From: Setoptus koraiensis
Lineage: Eukaryota; Animalia; Arthropoda
Direction: 5' to 3'
NCBI GenBank assembly: GCA_048013815.1
Contig: CM106585.1
Location: 15,872,001-15,936,000 of the forward strand
Length of the DNA: 64,000 nt
Below are positions 49,105 through 61,009 of the stretch, one piece after another. How positions within the stretch are numbered: position 1 is the first letter of the stretch; each line of letters begins with the position of its first letter. The notes below the pieces were generated by a model. The model was not told where the DNA came from. It saw nothing but the letters and a program-made list of their open reading frames with translations, and made no database searches. The translations under genes and the position numbers were made by a program.

Positions 49105-50817
49105 ATGGACAGGTATTCATTTGGGGGCCTGTGGAGCAAGAGTAGGACACTGTTGGAGAGGAATATTCGCAAATTCGCAAAGCAAAAATGGACCTTTATT
49201 GGATTGCCCAGTCATGTTTGCCGACACACAAATATTAATCAACAATGCAACAACACATCGGCCTCAAAATGTTGCTGTGAGATGGGCCCCAGGGCACGTG
49301 CTGCCATGGCCGCAAATTCAACGTTTTGTTGGTCCAAAGTCACGTTGGCATTCGCGTCACTCAAATTGTCGGGCCTGCCGCCGATTGTCATCACAATCCT
49401 TTTGGCAACAGCAATATTTGCCAGCATGCTAGTCACATCAAGCATCGTCTTTTTCTTCTGTCCAACTTTTTCTAGTTCATGTTTATTTTATCGTTATATG
49501 AGCTTGTATATCACCAATACAGTTACGTCATCGAGTCAACATGACATGCACTACAACAATGACAAACTCTATATAACGAAATTGTTGACCTCGAAACAAC
49601 AACTTTATCTCATTGAAAATAACAACATGTGCCGCCATACTGGACAAAACAAGGATCACGTTATATTGGTCACTTCGGAGGCTCACCATTTTCATCATAG
49701 GTCACTTATAAGAAAAAATAAACCAGCCAATGCCATTATGGTGTTCATGTTGAGCAGGCCAATAGTGTCGCCGTCGTCATCGGCCGATGGATTCATCGAA
49801 ACGACAGATAGCGCACAATCTATGATTGACCAAGAGTCCATTACAAACGGCGATATAGTTCAATTCAACTTTAACGATACTTACCACAATCTAGTCTACA
49901 AAAACTTGGGTGCATTAGTCTGGTTCAATGATCACTGTGTGCCACTAAAATCAAACTCTCCCAATGCAACCATTTCACTAGACACTAACACACGACAAAA
50001 TAACATAGATTATGTCGTCAAAATGGACGATGATCTATTTGTAGACTTTGAACAGCTATCGAGATATGTCGCAAAAAAATACAATGCATTGCCCACAACA
50101 GACGTGCCAAGCCAAGCCATTGAATCGACCCACCGACAGTCTGACACCAATGTGAAAAATAAATACTTCATAGCTTGCAAGGCCCTACATAACAGAGTCA
50201 TACGTGACAAGCGAAGTAAATGGTATGTTCCGAAAAGTCTCTATCGGCATGATTACTATCCGAAATACTGCTCCGGCTGGCTTTATATAATGAATCCGAG
50301 TACCATCAAAGAGCTATTGCACAAACTACCTGAGTCGCTGCCAACATTCTGGATAGATGATGTCTATATCACCGGAATGCTCAGGGAGAATGTTGTAACG
50401 GCCTCCGGAGAGAGTATTGTATTAGATGATATAGTTGATATCTTTGAAAATGATCTCTACATAACGCAGCAATGGATCAATTCGATCACTCTAGAATACG
50501 TTCCTACAAGCTACATTTCGGACATTAAGCATCGTCAAAGGCAGGATGGTGACGCTAGAAATAATAAAAGTCATCACAAAGACCAGAATGATATACTTGG
50601 ATCGCAAAAAGAATCGACTCTGACATTTCCACGGCCACAATTCATCGTTTGCAGTTTGGATGGCAATTTCGAAGTTATGAAGATACTCTACGACTCGCAT
50701 TATGACTGCAAAAACAACAGACTCAAGTGTATTAGGCCAAGAAAATTGTTCACTGGAAAGGAGAGATTTATCAAGCCTAAGCGCAGAAGTGGGATCCTAA
50801 GAGAAATAAAGTTTTGA
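49105..50817 (+). CDS. GT31 family beta-1,3-glycosyltransferase (B3GALT/brainiac-like), type II membrane, about 570 aa, intronless
   Basis: TM anchor followed by DIVQFNFNDTYHNL, YVVKMDDDLFV (DxD), VIRDKRSKWYV, YPKYCSGWLY and WIDDVYITG. First in-frame ATG is 49105; the track ORF starts at a GTG. Confidence 0.9.
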   Translation: MDRYSFGGLWSKSRTLLERNIRKFAKQKWTFIGLPSHVCRHTNINQQCNNTSASKCCCEMGPRARAAMAANSTFCWSKVTLAFASLKLSGLPPIVITILLATAIFASMLVTSSIVFFFCPTFSSSCLFYRYMSLYITNTVTSSSQHDMHYNNDKLYITKLLTSKQQLYLIENNNMCRHTGQNKDHVILVTSEAHHFHHRSLIRKNKPANAIMVFMLSRPIVSPSSSADGFIETTDSAQSMIDQESITNGDIVQFNFNDTYHNLVYKNLGALVWFNDHCVPLKSNSPNATISLDTNTRQNNIDYVVKMDDDLFVDFEQLSRYVAKKYNALPTTDVPSQAIESTHRQSDTNVKNKYFIACKALHNRVIRDKRSKWYVPKSLYRHDYYPKYCSGWLYIMNPSTIKELLHKLPESLPTFWIDDVYITGMLRENVVTASGESIVLDDIVDIFENDLYITQQWINSITLEYVPTSYISDIKHRQRQDGDARNNKSHHKDQNDILGSQKESTLTFPRPQFIVCSLDGNFEVMKILYDSHYDCKNNRLKCIRPRKLFTGKERFIKPKRRSGILREIKF

Positions 50818-51054
50818 TGCTTGCGCTAAAATGATTGCCACGACATGGTATTGTGTTTGCTTGCTTGCTTGTTTGATTGTAATGCTGTATCGTAATTGAA
50901 TTGTTGAGAATTCAAAATTTAATTTATTCTGGTGGGGCAACTTTAACTCGGTAAAAAATCTTCTTTACTGTACATTACTATCATACACATTATTTACATA
51001 TTGATTACTTATTAACAAAACTAATAATGGTGATTCAGTAATTAATTTACATCA

Positions 51055-52671
51055 TCAAACCATATATGCGTCGCGCATATTGGCATATTTTACCATAGTC
51101 CGAGTATGATAGATGGGTCCATCAACAACATCATGGCAGGGTGATGTTCCCAAAAAGGAACTTATGTTTTCTTTGAAATAACTTTCAGAAGCTAGCTGTG
51201 GAGGGTTGGGGAATGGTTGGACACAACCACAACCACAGCTTTGAATGTGCATACTGTGATCGTGAGAGAGGGGCAGCAGTTGTTTAGCAGATGCTGGTGG
51301 TGTTGTTTCGTATTGAGGTGCAGTTGCTGTGATTGATTTATCGCCAGAATATTGTGCTGGTTTGCTGTTTTTTTGTCTGTTAAAGATGCATATAATGGTG
51401 AAAACGAATGCAAATCCCGAAAAAATCATCAGCACTAGTAATATTACAAGAAGTACGGTGTCGTGAAGCTGTGCTGGGCTGGACGGATTCAAACTAGAGG
51501 CGCTGATAACGGCGCTAACAGGCGGCTGAGCGGCCTTGTTTCTGCGAGCTGTTTGCTCTCTAAGTAGCTCGGTGAACGGAGGCTTTCCCCTGATTGTATG
51601 CTGGATTGGGCGATTTGATGCTGGCATGGGCGTCGTGATGTCTTGTTCATCGTAGGCTTGCGTTGCGAATTTGTTGGCAATGGAAACCTCATAGGATAGG
51701 TTTTTCATCATTGCTTGATAGGTACGTGTAGAGAACTTGGCCAATAGAGGGTCGGGCTTGAGTTCGCCATCAGTCTGGGTAGTTGCCGAAAAATTCGTGT
51801 TGTCTATCGCATTTTGTGGAGGCATGTCTTGTACATCATCCTCTGAAATGGTTGGTTCCTCGGGTGCGTCATCAGTGGTGTCGTCCAACTGGGGCTGTAC
51901 GGTGGTGATCGGTTGTTGATTGCTTGAATCAGCGCTGGCTTGCGTTATTGGGCCACTGTTAGATTGTGTGATGCCAGCTATATAAGCGACAGGGTCTGTG
52001 ACGGGCCTGGCATAGTACTGAGGCTCTTTTTGCCCTGTTTCGATGAGCTCGAATGGGGGCACATAAGGTACTGTGTGATTGACGAATTCCCTGGTGATAA
52101 ATTCCATTTTTTTCTTGATGAATGGATTGGTCTTGTTGAGGCATCTGTAGGCGATTTCAGCGGCTCTGTCATAGTTGAGACATTCAGTGGGTGACAACTT
52201 GAGGGCCTTGTTGTGCAGGTGGAAAGTGCATTGTTGTTGAAATTGGCATTTGTAAATTAGATGAGTTCTAAATTTTGAGTCTGCGGTGGCTGCATCACAA
52301 TATGTTTTGTTGGCCTCTGTCATTGGTTTGTCGTTGTGGCCGCAATGTGCTCGCAACTGGGGCACATTTTGTCTGGCATATGAACTAATAATAATATCGA
52401 TGACCTGCTCGTGCTGGCAGGTGATGTTTTGTTTGGTGTTGTAGCACTGAGTTATTTGGCTAACGGTGTTTGTTTTGTCGCTGTTGCTTGGGGTGCTTGT
52501 GTGTTTATCTGTTTGTTTGTCTGAGGGCATTGTGTTGTTGTGGGTGTCGGCGCTTACGGCGAGCGGTTGCATTTGGGTGATGGTTTGCGTTAGTAGAATG
52601 GACACAACGACGCCCATCAGACTTGCTGTGGGCCTGGCGGCGAGCCGGGGGCTGAAATTGAGGCAATCCAT
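51055..52671 (-). CDS. Single-pass receptor with a SUEL/rhamnose-galactose-binding lectin-like domain and mucin-like stalk (EVA-1-like architecture), about 538 aa
   Basis: Signal-like segment; eight-Cys pattern ITC...IDIIISSYAR...C...C...KC.FQQQC...TEC...IAYRC matching the RBL fold; P/T/D-rich stalk; TM helix VLLVILLVLMIFSGFAFVFTIICIF; Tyr-containing tail. First ATG at 52671. Confidence 0.78.
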   Translation of the reverse strand: MDCLNFSPRLAARPTASLMGVVVSILLTQTITQMQPLAVSADTHNNTMPSDKQTDKHTSTPSNSDKTNTVSQITQCYNTKQNITCQHEQVIDIIISSYARQNVPQLRAHCGHNDKPMTEANKTYCDAATADSKFRTHLIYKCQFQQQCTFHLHNKALKLSPTECLNYDRAAEIAYRCLNKTNPFIKKKMEFITREFVNHTVPYVPPFELIETGQKEPQYYARPVTDPVAYIAGITQSNSGPITQASADSSNQQPITTVQPQLDDTTDDAPEEPTISEDDVQDMPPQNAIDNTNFSATTQTDGELKPDPLLAKFSTRTYQAMMKNLSYEVSIANKFATQAYDEQDITTPMPASNRPIQHTIRGKPPFTELLREQTARRNKAAQPPVSAVISASSLNPSSPAQLHDTVLLVILLVLMIFSGFAFVFTIICIFNRQKNSKPAQYSGDKSITATAPQYETTPPASAKQLLPLSHDHSMHIQSCGCGCVQPFPNPPQLASESYFKENISSFLGTSPCHDVVDGPIYHTRTMVKYANMRDAYMV

Positions 52672-52807
52672 TTTGTCCGTTGTGTTGTTTGTTGTGTTCG
52701 CTTGATTGACGCTGGTTCGACTGTCAATTTGAGCACGCACTTTGCACCGCTGAGTGTGATCGATGAATGTTGGTCTTGGCGAACGATTGAGGGGGCGGCC
52801 TATGTGC

Positions 52808-52888
52808 TAATTAAATAGAGGCGACGGCTAAATAAATAGAAGCGACGGGTTAATTAAAATGGAAACGACGGTTAATTAAAAATGGTCG
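52808..52888. repeat. About 22-bp degenerate tandem repeat x3-4 (TAATTAAATAGAAGCGACGG-like)
   Basis: Units begin with TAA(T/A)TAAA and end with GACGG. Confidence 0.75.
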
Positions 52889-53125
52889 TGATTGGCCGAG
52901 CGCTTGCGTTGCACTGCCACGCAATTCGGTGTGCTGGCCGCTGCTGCTGCCGTTTGGCTAACGCTGGCTACTGTTGCCGCTTGGCTACTGTTGATGTTGG
53001 TTCGCTGGGGGGCGCACAACAAGTGAGGGGCGGGTTGGCGTGCGATGCGGAGCTGACGACGCCTGCAGGCAGAATGGAGCGCCTGGCAAATGTCGCCTGT
53101 TTATATTGTGTGTTGGATATTCACA

Positions 53126-53210
53126 GTTCGATACTCGGTGTTCGATATTCAATATTCGACGCTCGACGTTCGACGCTCGACATTCGACATTCGATTGCGC
53201 CAACGTTCGA
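53126..53210. repeat. 7-bp degenerate array built on TCGA (TTCGACA/CTCGACG)
   Basis: Repeated TCGA cores, mostly at 7-bp period. Confidence 0.8.
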
Positions 53211-56200
53211 TGGTCGTTGCAGCGAGTCGCCACTCGCAACGACATTCGCTGCAACGTGCGCGCCCGACCGTCTGTCTCTTGGTGCCAGACCGCTGGTGCC
53301 ATTGTCTGCACCACAGTGTCGCACAACACACACACACAGACTCTGCAACAGAGTCTTGTGCGCATTGTGCTGCAGACTGCACAATGCGCACTCCAGTTGC
53401 ACTATATTATACAGTTTACACACACAATTTGTGTACAGTCTGTGTTCGCGATGGCGCGCCGAGCCATACGGAGCGGCATAAATAGAATCGAACCTAATCC
53501 CGTCTCAAGCCGCCGCAACCGCTGCACACGACACGCCGCAATTGGCCATGTCGCCGGCGCAAGTCCCGCCTCTGCGCATAAAACGGCCCATGTGCCCGGG
53601 CAACATGTGCGCGCCGACGCCACGCTCTCGCTTAACATTTGCGAGTCGCAAGTGTACCCACAAGTCGCCAGCCGCTACAGGCGGGGTTCGCAAGCCCTCT
53701 GGTCGCGCAGTGATTGGCCCGAGAGCTGTTTTGGCAAAACGACGACGATAAACAACAACAACAACGACAGCAACAACAACAACGACAACAACAGTGTTGC
53801 TGCGAGTCGCGGCGACGGCCGACGAGACCAACTGACATACGCACCGTGGGCCAGCCAGCCCACGAGGGACCGCGGCGTCTCGAATGGCCGCCACTTTGGC
53901 CGCTGGTCGTTAATTGTTGCTCGAACATAGCGGCGATTCGCTGCCGATCCACTAAAGCAACCGCTCCAATCTGACCGCTCATCACGGCTCATTATCGCAT
54001 GTTGTTGCTGAGAAACGGCGCTTTTGCCGGGCTCGCCCCATGGGCGGCCAGCCAACCTATGACAGTGATAGCCGGCACTATCACTGTGATAGTATCACAC
54101 ACGGCAGCGCCAGTTTGCCGAGACAGCGGACATTGTGTTAGTTTCGCAGTTGATCAATCATTCACTGGCGACGTCCGCAAATGACCGACACCGGCCTCGC
54201 CAAAGCAGATGAGCCACTGGTTTGGACAGTCTAAATTAGACCGGCTGCTGTGGGTTTAACTGATGCGCGCGGGCCACAACGAACCTCTTTTGCTTGGCGA
54301 GCCTCTTTCGTTTTTGTTTTTGTTCGGGTTGCGGTTGATTGGCGACCCGAACATCGACCATTCTCACTGAGGCGCACGGTCGAGCCGGCCGACCGGCCCA
54401 ATGGCACGGAACGACGACGAGGACCGCACTGCGGCTCGCCGGTGTCGGGCATCACCGTGAGCGGTGACAGAAGCACTACGTACTATGTATCATGTGTCGT
54501 CTTTATTATGCATATCATATACAGCGAGCTTGGCACGCTGGCTCAGGCAGTTCGCCAACTCACATACGGCATGACACAGAACAAACAGGAAGCAGGGACC
54601 TATTTTTGACGACTAAACAGATCATCATCTTGTTCAGCTAATCCGTGTATCATGTATACAACATCTGAAATCTTATCTTGGGCTCACACACACACACAAT
54701 ATATAGATACATCTTCTTTTCTAGATGGATATCTAGCGAACAAGATAGTCATAAGCGCTGAGATCGACGCAAGAGATCGCAGGATTGAGTCTAGCCGTTT
54801 GGCTGGCGTTGCCGCTTGACATTTGACATGTTGGCCTTAGTGAGTTACTGTCATCAGATGGATGAGTATTTTGAGCATGACTCCAGTTGTGTCACTGCGG
54901 CTCCCTCGGCGCCAAACTGGCCACTATTTCAGCGAGGCTGATGCGCTGTTATCAACGCCGAACGTGTGTGTGTGTGTGTCACGGGCCCCAGCCGGGTATG
55001 TATCGAGCTGCCGTGGGGCCCGCAACAACAGAATTGAACGCAGCAACAACGTTATCTATGGCAAATGTACTCGTGAAACTTTTAGAGCAGAATGATCAAA
55101 GAATGTTATTACATAATGTTTGGCCCATGCGCCAGTAGATCAATCTCACTCCTTCGGCGCTTTGCTGATGCAAGCGCCCCCCACCCCCCCTCTCTGTGAG
55201 AGATAAATGGACTTTGTTTGCGCCTAGCACACGCAGCCAACAGTAATAGACGTCGTCGAGCCGAGTCGCTGTTGAACTGTCGACACCAATTCAAATAAAT
55301 CCATTGAGTCGGATTCACTATGTGTTCAACAAACATACACATTACAGGCGAGAGGGAGGGGTGCTCTCAATGAAATCATCGTGTCTGATAGATAGCTCAT
55401 GGATATGGATGTGCTATATGCAATTGCGAGCATGCACACATAATAGATGGCCATCACAGGCAATCGTCATCGCAATTGCGCCCCTCATGCCATATCCAAT
55501 GAGGGCCATCGCTTGCAATGACGAAGCGCCAATCGGAGAGGGTAGTAAAAGTTGTTTAGTAGCGAGTGGGGGGCGAGCAAGCCTCAAAACCATTGCATCA
55601 TTGACTTGATGGCTGGCCGGCCGGTCGGCTGGGGGCCACGCCTGTTTGGCTTCTGTTCTTGAGCGGGGCAGGGGATTTTCTCCAGGCAACTTCAAGAACA
55701 GAGAGTTGTGTAATAACACTAGACACGCTGGTGCATGGCAAAGACGGATAGACAGAGAGATAAAAAGCAAAAGGCATTATCTAGCCAGTATATCGAGTTC
55801 TTTCTTTGCCATTTAGTTTTACACTAGCAGCAGCGGCAGCTTACGTGAGGGCACGCAGTATAATGGTGCTGTTGTTCGGAGGCGATCAATCAGTTGGCCG
55901 GCCGATGATAATAGTCGGTGATTTCCAGTGAATCGCAGCCTTGAGGGCGACAACGAACACCCGGACTAGGTAATAGGTGGGTGGAATGGCTAGGTACGCG
56001 TGCAACTCATAATGGAGGTGAACACGATCATTTCTGGCCGCTGGATTGCTTATGTAACTCAAGTTATGTTGTTTGTGCGCCGCATTGGCTCACACAATAA
56101 CTTACACAAAATTGGACCGGACCGGCAATCGCAATTGGACTGGCCCGATCGAGCCACATGCAGTGGTACGTGCACCAAGCAGCACGTTCTTGTTAACAAG

Positions 56201-58883
56201 TGCACTGCTCAGCACGTGTTTTTGTTTTGCGCGATTCCTGTTCTCCTCACTCGATCTTGGGCCTGCTCGCCGGGCTCCCCCTGGCTATAGCGGCGATTCT
56301 GGCAGCAATTGTGTGATGGAAAATCAATTTTCGACAAATAAACAGATTAACACCATTATCGCTGGGCCTTTCACAACAAGCCAGCCGCTGCTGTCTTGTT
56401 GAATTGACGTGTCTGCTGGCTGAGTCACACTCACACAAACATTAATCTACACTTACTGGCACTGTTTTGGCAGCTTGTTTTGTTTCGTTTCGTTTCGTCT
56501 TGCTTTGTGTGCCTAGTTGGCGGTGCCCGCAAAACAATGGTACAACATTGGTGCAAGCTCGAGAGTTAAGTGTGAGAAAATTCAAACAAATTTACACGAC
56601 GAGAAGATGGGAAAATTATTGCAGCGCACCAAAGCCAATTTAAATATGCATATAACTGGGCCGGCCAGGGTTGAATCGCTTGATTGGTAACACTTGTTCT
56701 GGCCGAATGTATGTACATGTATTTATATTTAACAGTCGAGCGGCAACATTTCGGCAGCCATCCCATGCCGGCCGCTGGTGTGCCCATGCAGCAGCCATGT
56801 CAGACAGCAATAATAAAGCGGACATAAAAGTGAAAAAAGGCAACTCCAATTTGGCTGGTTCACACTAACAACAAGGAGCCTGCTCTACATGTGTTGGCCT
56901 TCTGTGGGCGCTCCACTTGTGTCGCCGGCTTGCCCCGGCCCAACAATAATAACAACAAAGTGTTGTTGGTGTTGCTGCTGTTGATGTTGTTGTCGCTGCT
57001 GCGGTTGCTGCCGTTGTCGCTGCTGTTGATGCTGGCCGATGGTCAATCGGGCGCGCTGCAAGCCACTCTCACGAGGCCCATCAAGATGACCCGCGGCCAG
57101 AGTTACGTTTAAGTGGCTACGCTGTATCTCGGATATATGTGTATTTTTATACGTGCTCTCGTGTGCATTGGTGGCTGTCGCCCCAATCGTCGTCCGTTGT
57201 CGTTAAAACTTGTCCGAGCCGGGCACCGTTGAACTGTAACCAACGCTCGTCTCAGCTTCAACGTGACCAGTTGGCCACTCTAATTGGACTACAGTAACGG
57301 CTTTGTTCGGCCGTGGTGGCATATGCTTCTCGGCTCGGACAGTGTCCAGTGCAAACACTATGCTGCTGTGGTTGAGCCACACTGCATACGACTGCAGTTT
57401 ATGCCGGCCAAATTATTATGTTGGTGCAACTTTCTAGAGGTGATCCCGCGCATCATCATTAGACGACGACAACAACGACGACGACGAGATGATTTACCCT
57501 TACTCGACAATCAAATCTATGGGCTCTTTTATGTCTGCTGTTGCTGCTGCTTGCAATTATATTGCGCACTTGTGCCCACTATCGATCTGATCTCGTATCA
57601 TCAACAACAATTAATGCTGGTGTCAATGTGTCACACCATTATTATTATTTATGGCCAACAATCACGATCAGCTCACTGATACAAACACTGCACGATACTG
57701 CTCGATACTACACGATACTGCATATGCGAGCTGCTGCGGCAGCAAAAATAGTATCAAGACAATCGCCCTTTGCCTCATCGGCTGATCATCAGCCGCTGAT
57801 GGAGGCAACTCCAATAAAACGACAAATCCAATAAATTCGAGCAGCAATGAAAATCGTGAGCCTTCTGCACGGGATCATCATCAAGTCCGATGAGTGTCGC
57901 TAGTGAACAACGCCAAGTTTGGCGCGACTTTAATTGTGGTCAAGCAGCCAGCACTCGCTTGGGTCGCCATCGTCGGCTCATCTCTAACGTCGACTGACTA
58001 ACCGTCTATCTGGTGTTTGTCGCCATTGGATGCAGTCTGCTGACTCGACCACGGGTCCACGATGGATCCACCTTCTGCCGGGCAAATGATACAAAGACAG
58101 TCTCCGATGAACGAGTCCATGATTATGCAAATAGTATAGTACGCGGCCGGGTTGTCTTACAACTCTCGTTGGGGGCTTATCGGTGATGGCCATCTTGTAG
58201 CGGGCTACCGTGGCTCCATCTGAAGTACGATGACATTTGTTCGCCAGCAATATTTGTTGTTGTAATCGCACATACTCTATTAACGACTTGCTGATAACTT
58301 GTGATTACTACTGTCGACTAAAGATCACAGATCACAGACTGCAGTCTGTAGTTGAGTAACTAAATTAAATACTGTAAGTAAATTTGCGCGGTTTTATCTT
58401 TGTCACGCTCAACAAGTGTCGTTGGTGTCGGTCGCGGCAACACTGATAATCCTGAAGATTCTACACTGCACTCGCAGTCGATTTGTCATGTTTGAGTATA
58501 AGCTATCATGACTCTGTTGGCCCGAACAAAGCAAACAACACGAATACTACACTCGACAACGGAAAGTTTGTGCAACCCTCCAAGTTTGAATCTGTTTCCC
58601 TTGCTGAAGCGGCCGCGAAAAAGGGCGCCCTATCTCCGCCGTTTGTGTTGTTTTGTGTTCAGCCGTCTATTGTTGTAAATTTATACTTGCTGTTCACTGT
58701 TGTTGCTACTGCTGCCGCTGCTGCTGTTGTTGCCGTTGTTGTGTGCACCCATTCTCACAGTCAGTAGTTAATTCAGTGGTTGGTTTCTAATTGGCGCTTA
58801 CGCAATGCTCATTGCGAAACCACCTTTCGCATATCGTCTCGGGCCACAATTTGCCGTTTACCATTTTGTGCGTATGCCTGCCT

Positions 58884-59439
58884 ATGTGGGGTGCCTGCCT
58901 GTGTGAGGTGCCTGTGTCCGCCGTGAGACAACTAATCGGATTTCATCAGTTACATATTGAGCAGATTGATTGATTAATTAATTAGAACTGATTAATTAAA
59001 GTTGATTAACGAGTAGAATTTTGTGTCGAAATCACAATTCGTAATATTGCCCGAAAGCGGGGTGCATGCGCAATCCGATATCCGCAACCATGTGATTTGT
59101 AGAGTGTGGCATGGGTACAGCAAAGCGTACGGTTTGCATAGGCTGTGCAAGGAGTGTCCATCGTGTTTGGTCAGGCTGATTCCATCAATTTGTACAATTG
59201 GCACTGGTTGTGCGTGCCGCTTCCACAGCGCATTTCATTGGGATGCACGACAAAGGGTGTGCGTCGCAACAGTACCATCTGTGCACTGCGCGCCATTTTC
59301 GCATGCATTTCAAGACGCACACCACTCACGTAGAAGCCTCAGGCGCACACAAACAACCCACAGCGTTCTGTGCTTGTGTGCAGCACACAGCGTCGAACAG
59401 CTTGAAAACTGGCTTGGTTCACCCTATCGTAAACAGTGA
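58884..59439 (+). CDS. Candidate small Cys-rich protein (TIL-like cysteine spacing); putative exons 58884-58922 and 59017-59439
   Basis: The ORF has C..C..C..C..C..CAC...FHWD..RVCV...C. A GTGAGA donor (58923) and TAG acceptor (59016) are phase-compatible (94-nt intron). The start codon is uncertain. Confidence 0.42.
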
Positions 59440-60231
59440 ACACTGTTCATTAACATCAATGTGAGGATTTGTGTGAGTGTTTGCTAACTCAACAACCACA
59501 CAAACAAAATGATATAGGCGCTCAGATATTCTACACACATTAATTATAATACCTGGCAAAATAATGGACCAGTAATTCTGACAATAAAACACTAATAAAA
59601 GATACAAACCCAAGAGAGTTTATCGTAATTATTCACGGACAGCATAAATACCGTTACCCCTTTATTATTTGGCTTTCTCAATCCATTCTCTGACCTTCCA
59701 GGCTAACACTACACATTCCAGCAGATATATTTCAGCGCACAAGCAATCGTGTTCTACTTCCCACATCAACCATACAAATACGAGCCTCAACACGGCCTAC
59801 TGGCACCACCACGACAGCAGCATACAAATAAACAACATATAAATAAACAACAAGAAACCGATTGACGGCCAACACGCAAATGAGCCAACTCCCCGTTTCG
59901 AACGAAAGAGCAACAGCTACCCATGAAACAATATTAGATAGAGACAACTACGCCAGGAACTAGCTTATAAGATGGCCGGCGCTATGATTCTGGCAAGATG
60001 GTTGTGACTGTATTAATAGCGTTACCAGTTATGTCCACTTAAACTGTTCCTTTTTCTCGTTATTATCATAATAAGTTCAGTCGTTACAATTATGTTATCA
60101 TTCGTTTTGAAACACTCATTAAGGTTCAAATCAGCGAACACCAAACACCTCCACTGACATATACAATAATTTTATTCCATTAGCAATCGTCACTAGATTT
60201 TTCATCGGCCAATATTAAAAACCACAAAAAA

Positions 60232-60796
60232 ATGGTGGATCCCTCGCCAAATAACGCCAGCAAGCGAAAGAGCTCGTCATCAACAGTAGCATCTTCCACA
60301 TCCAAGAGCTACACACACAAACCGACAATACCCGCCACAAGTTCCTCCAAAACCAATAGCGAGCCACCCTTTACTAAATACTCACGCTCCCTCAACAAAT
60401 TTATCGATATGGAGCTCGTTGATATCGACCCTATTAGGGCATGGGTTAAAGCTTACCTCACTACATATCATATTCAAGATGCGCCACTCTTATACGACCT
60501 CGTGTTCGACCGGCTCACCAATGAAAAGGTAAGATTGAGTCATAGATTGTATTCCAACATGTTAAAATAACTGTTAATACCTACGTATACTATTCACAAC
60601 GCCTGTTCTAAAAACTATTGCACTAAATCTCATCTCGAGATAGTGGCCAGATCCAAAGGTCTTACAAGCAGGATTAGGCGACGTCTTCATGTTACCCTTG
60701 GATGCACGCGAATTCGTTAAACGACTGTGGTTGACGCTGACAAGTCAAATTAATCATAGAGACTCCTCGAGTCGAAAAAAGATGAGAAAAGAATAA
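60232..60796 (+). CDS. Stand-alone PWI-domain protein (SRRM1-like domain), 149 aa; exons 60232-60528 and 60644-60796
   Basis: KYSRSLNKFIDMELVDIDPIRAWV...LVFDRL|WPDPKVLQ..L..F...DAREFVKRLW aligns by eye to the SRRM1 PWI domain; GTAAGA donor and ATAG acceptor, phase 0. Confidence 0.82.
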
Positions 60797-61009
60797 TCTT
60801 TAAACTTGCTAGGCCACCGTTGTAGTGGAATCTGTAGTTATGGTCAAATGGCAAATAGACAAAACAATAAGTAACTGGTGATATCTCAGCCCCGAGTGGA
60901 AATACAAAGGATTCCTGTCACTCGATACCCTATCTAAATGCGTATGTAAATATATATATGTATATTATATATCTAGCCTTGTACATAAAAAACTCAACAT
61001 CGTGACAAT

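Noticed and set aside
52880-54200. Stack of long ORFs (up to 296 aa) in six frames
   Set aside because: Translations of TCGA, CA and AAC repeats; mutually overlapping and without domain signal.
58170-58230. DGAT...QDG sequence loosely like Lon EGATPKDGPSAG on the minus strand
   Set aside because: Needs a frameshift, lacks the catalytic Ser context and flanking protease motifs, so it does not rescue the missing Lon domain.
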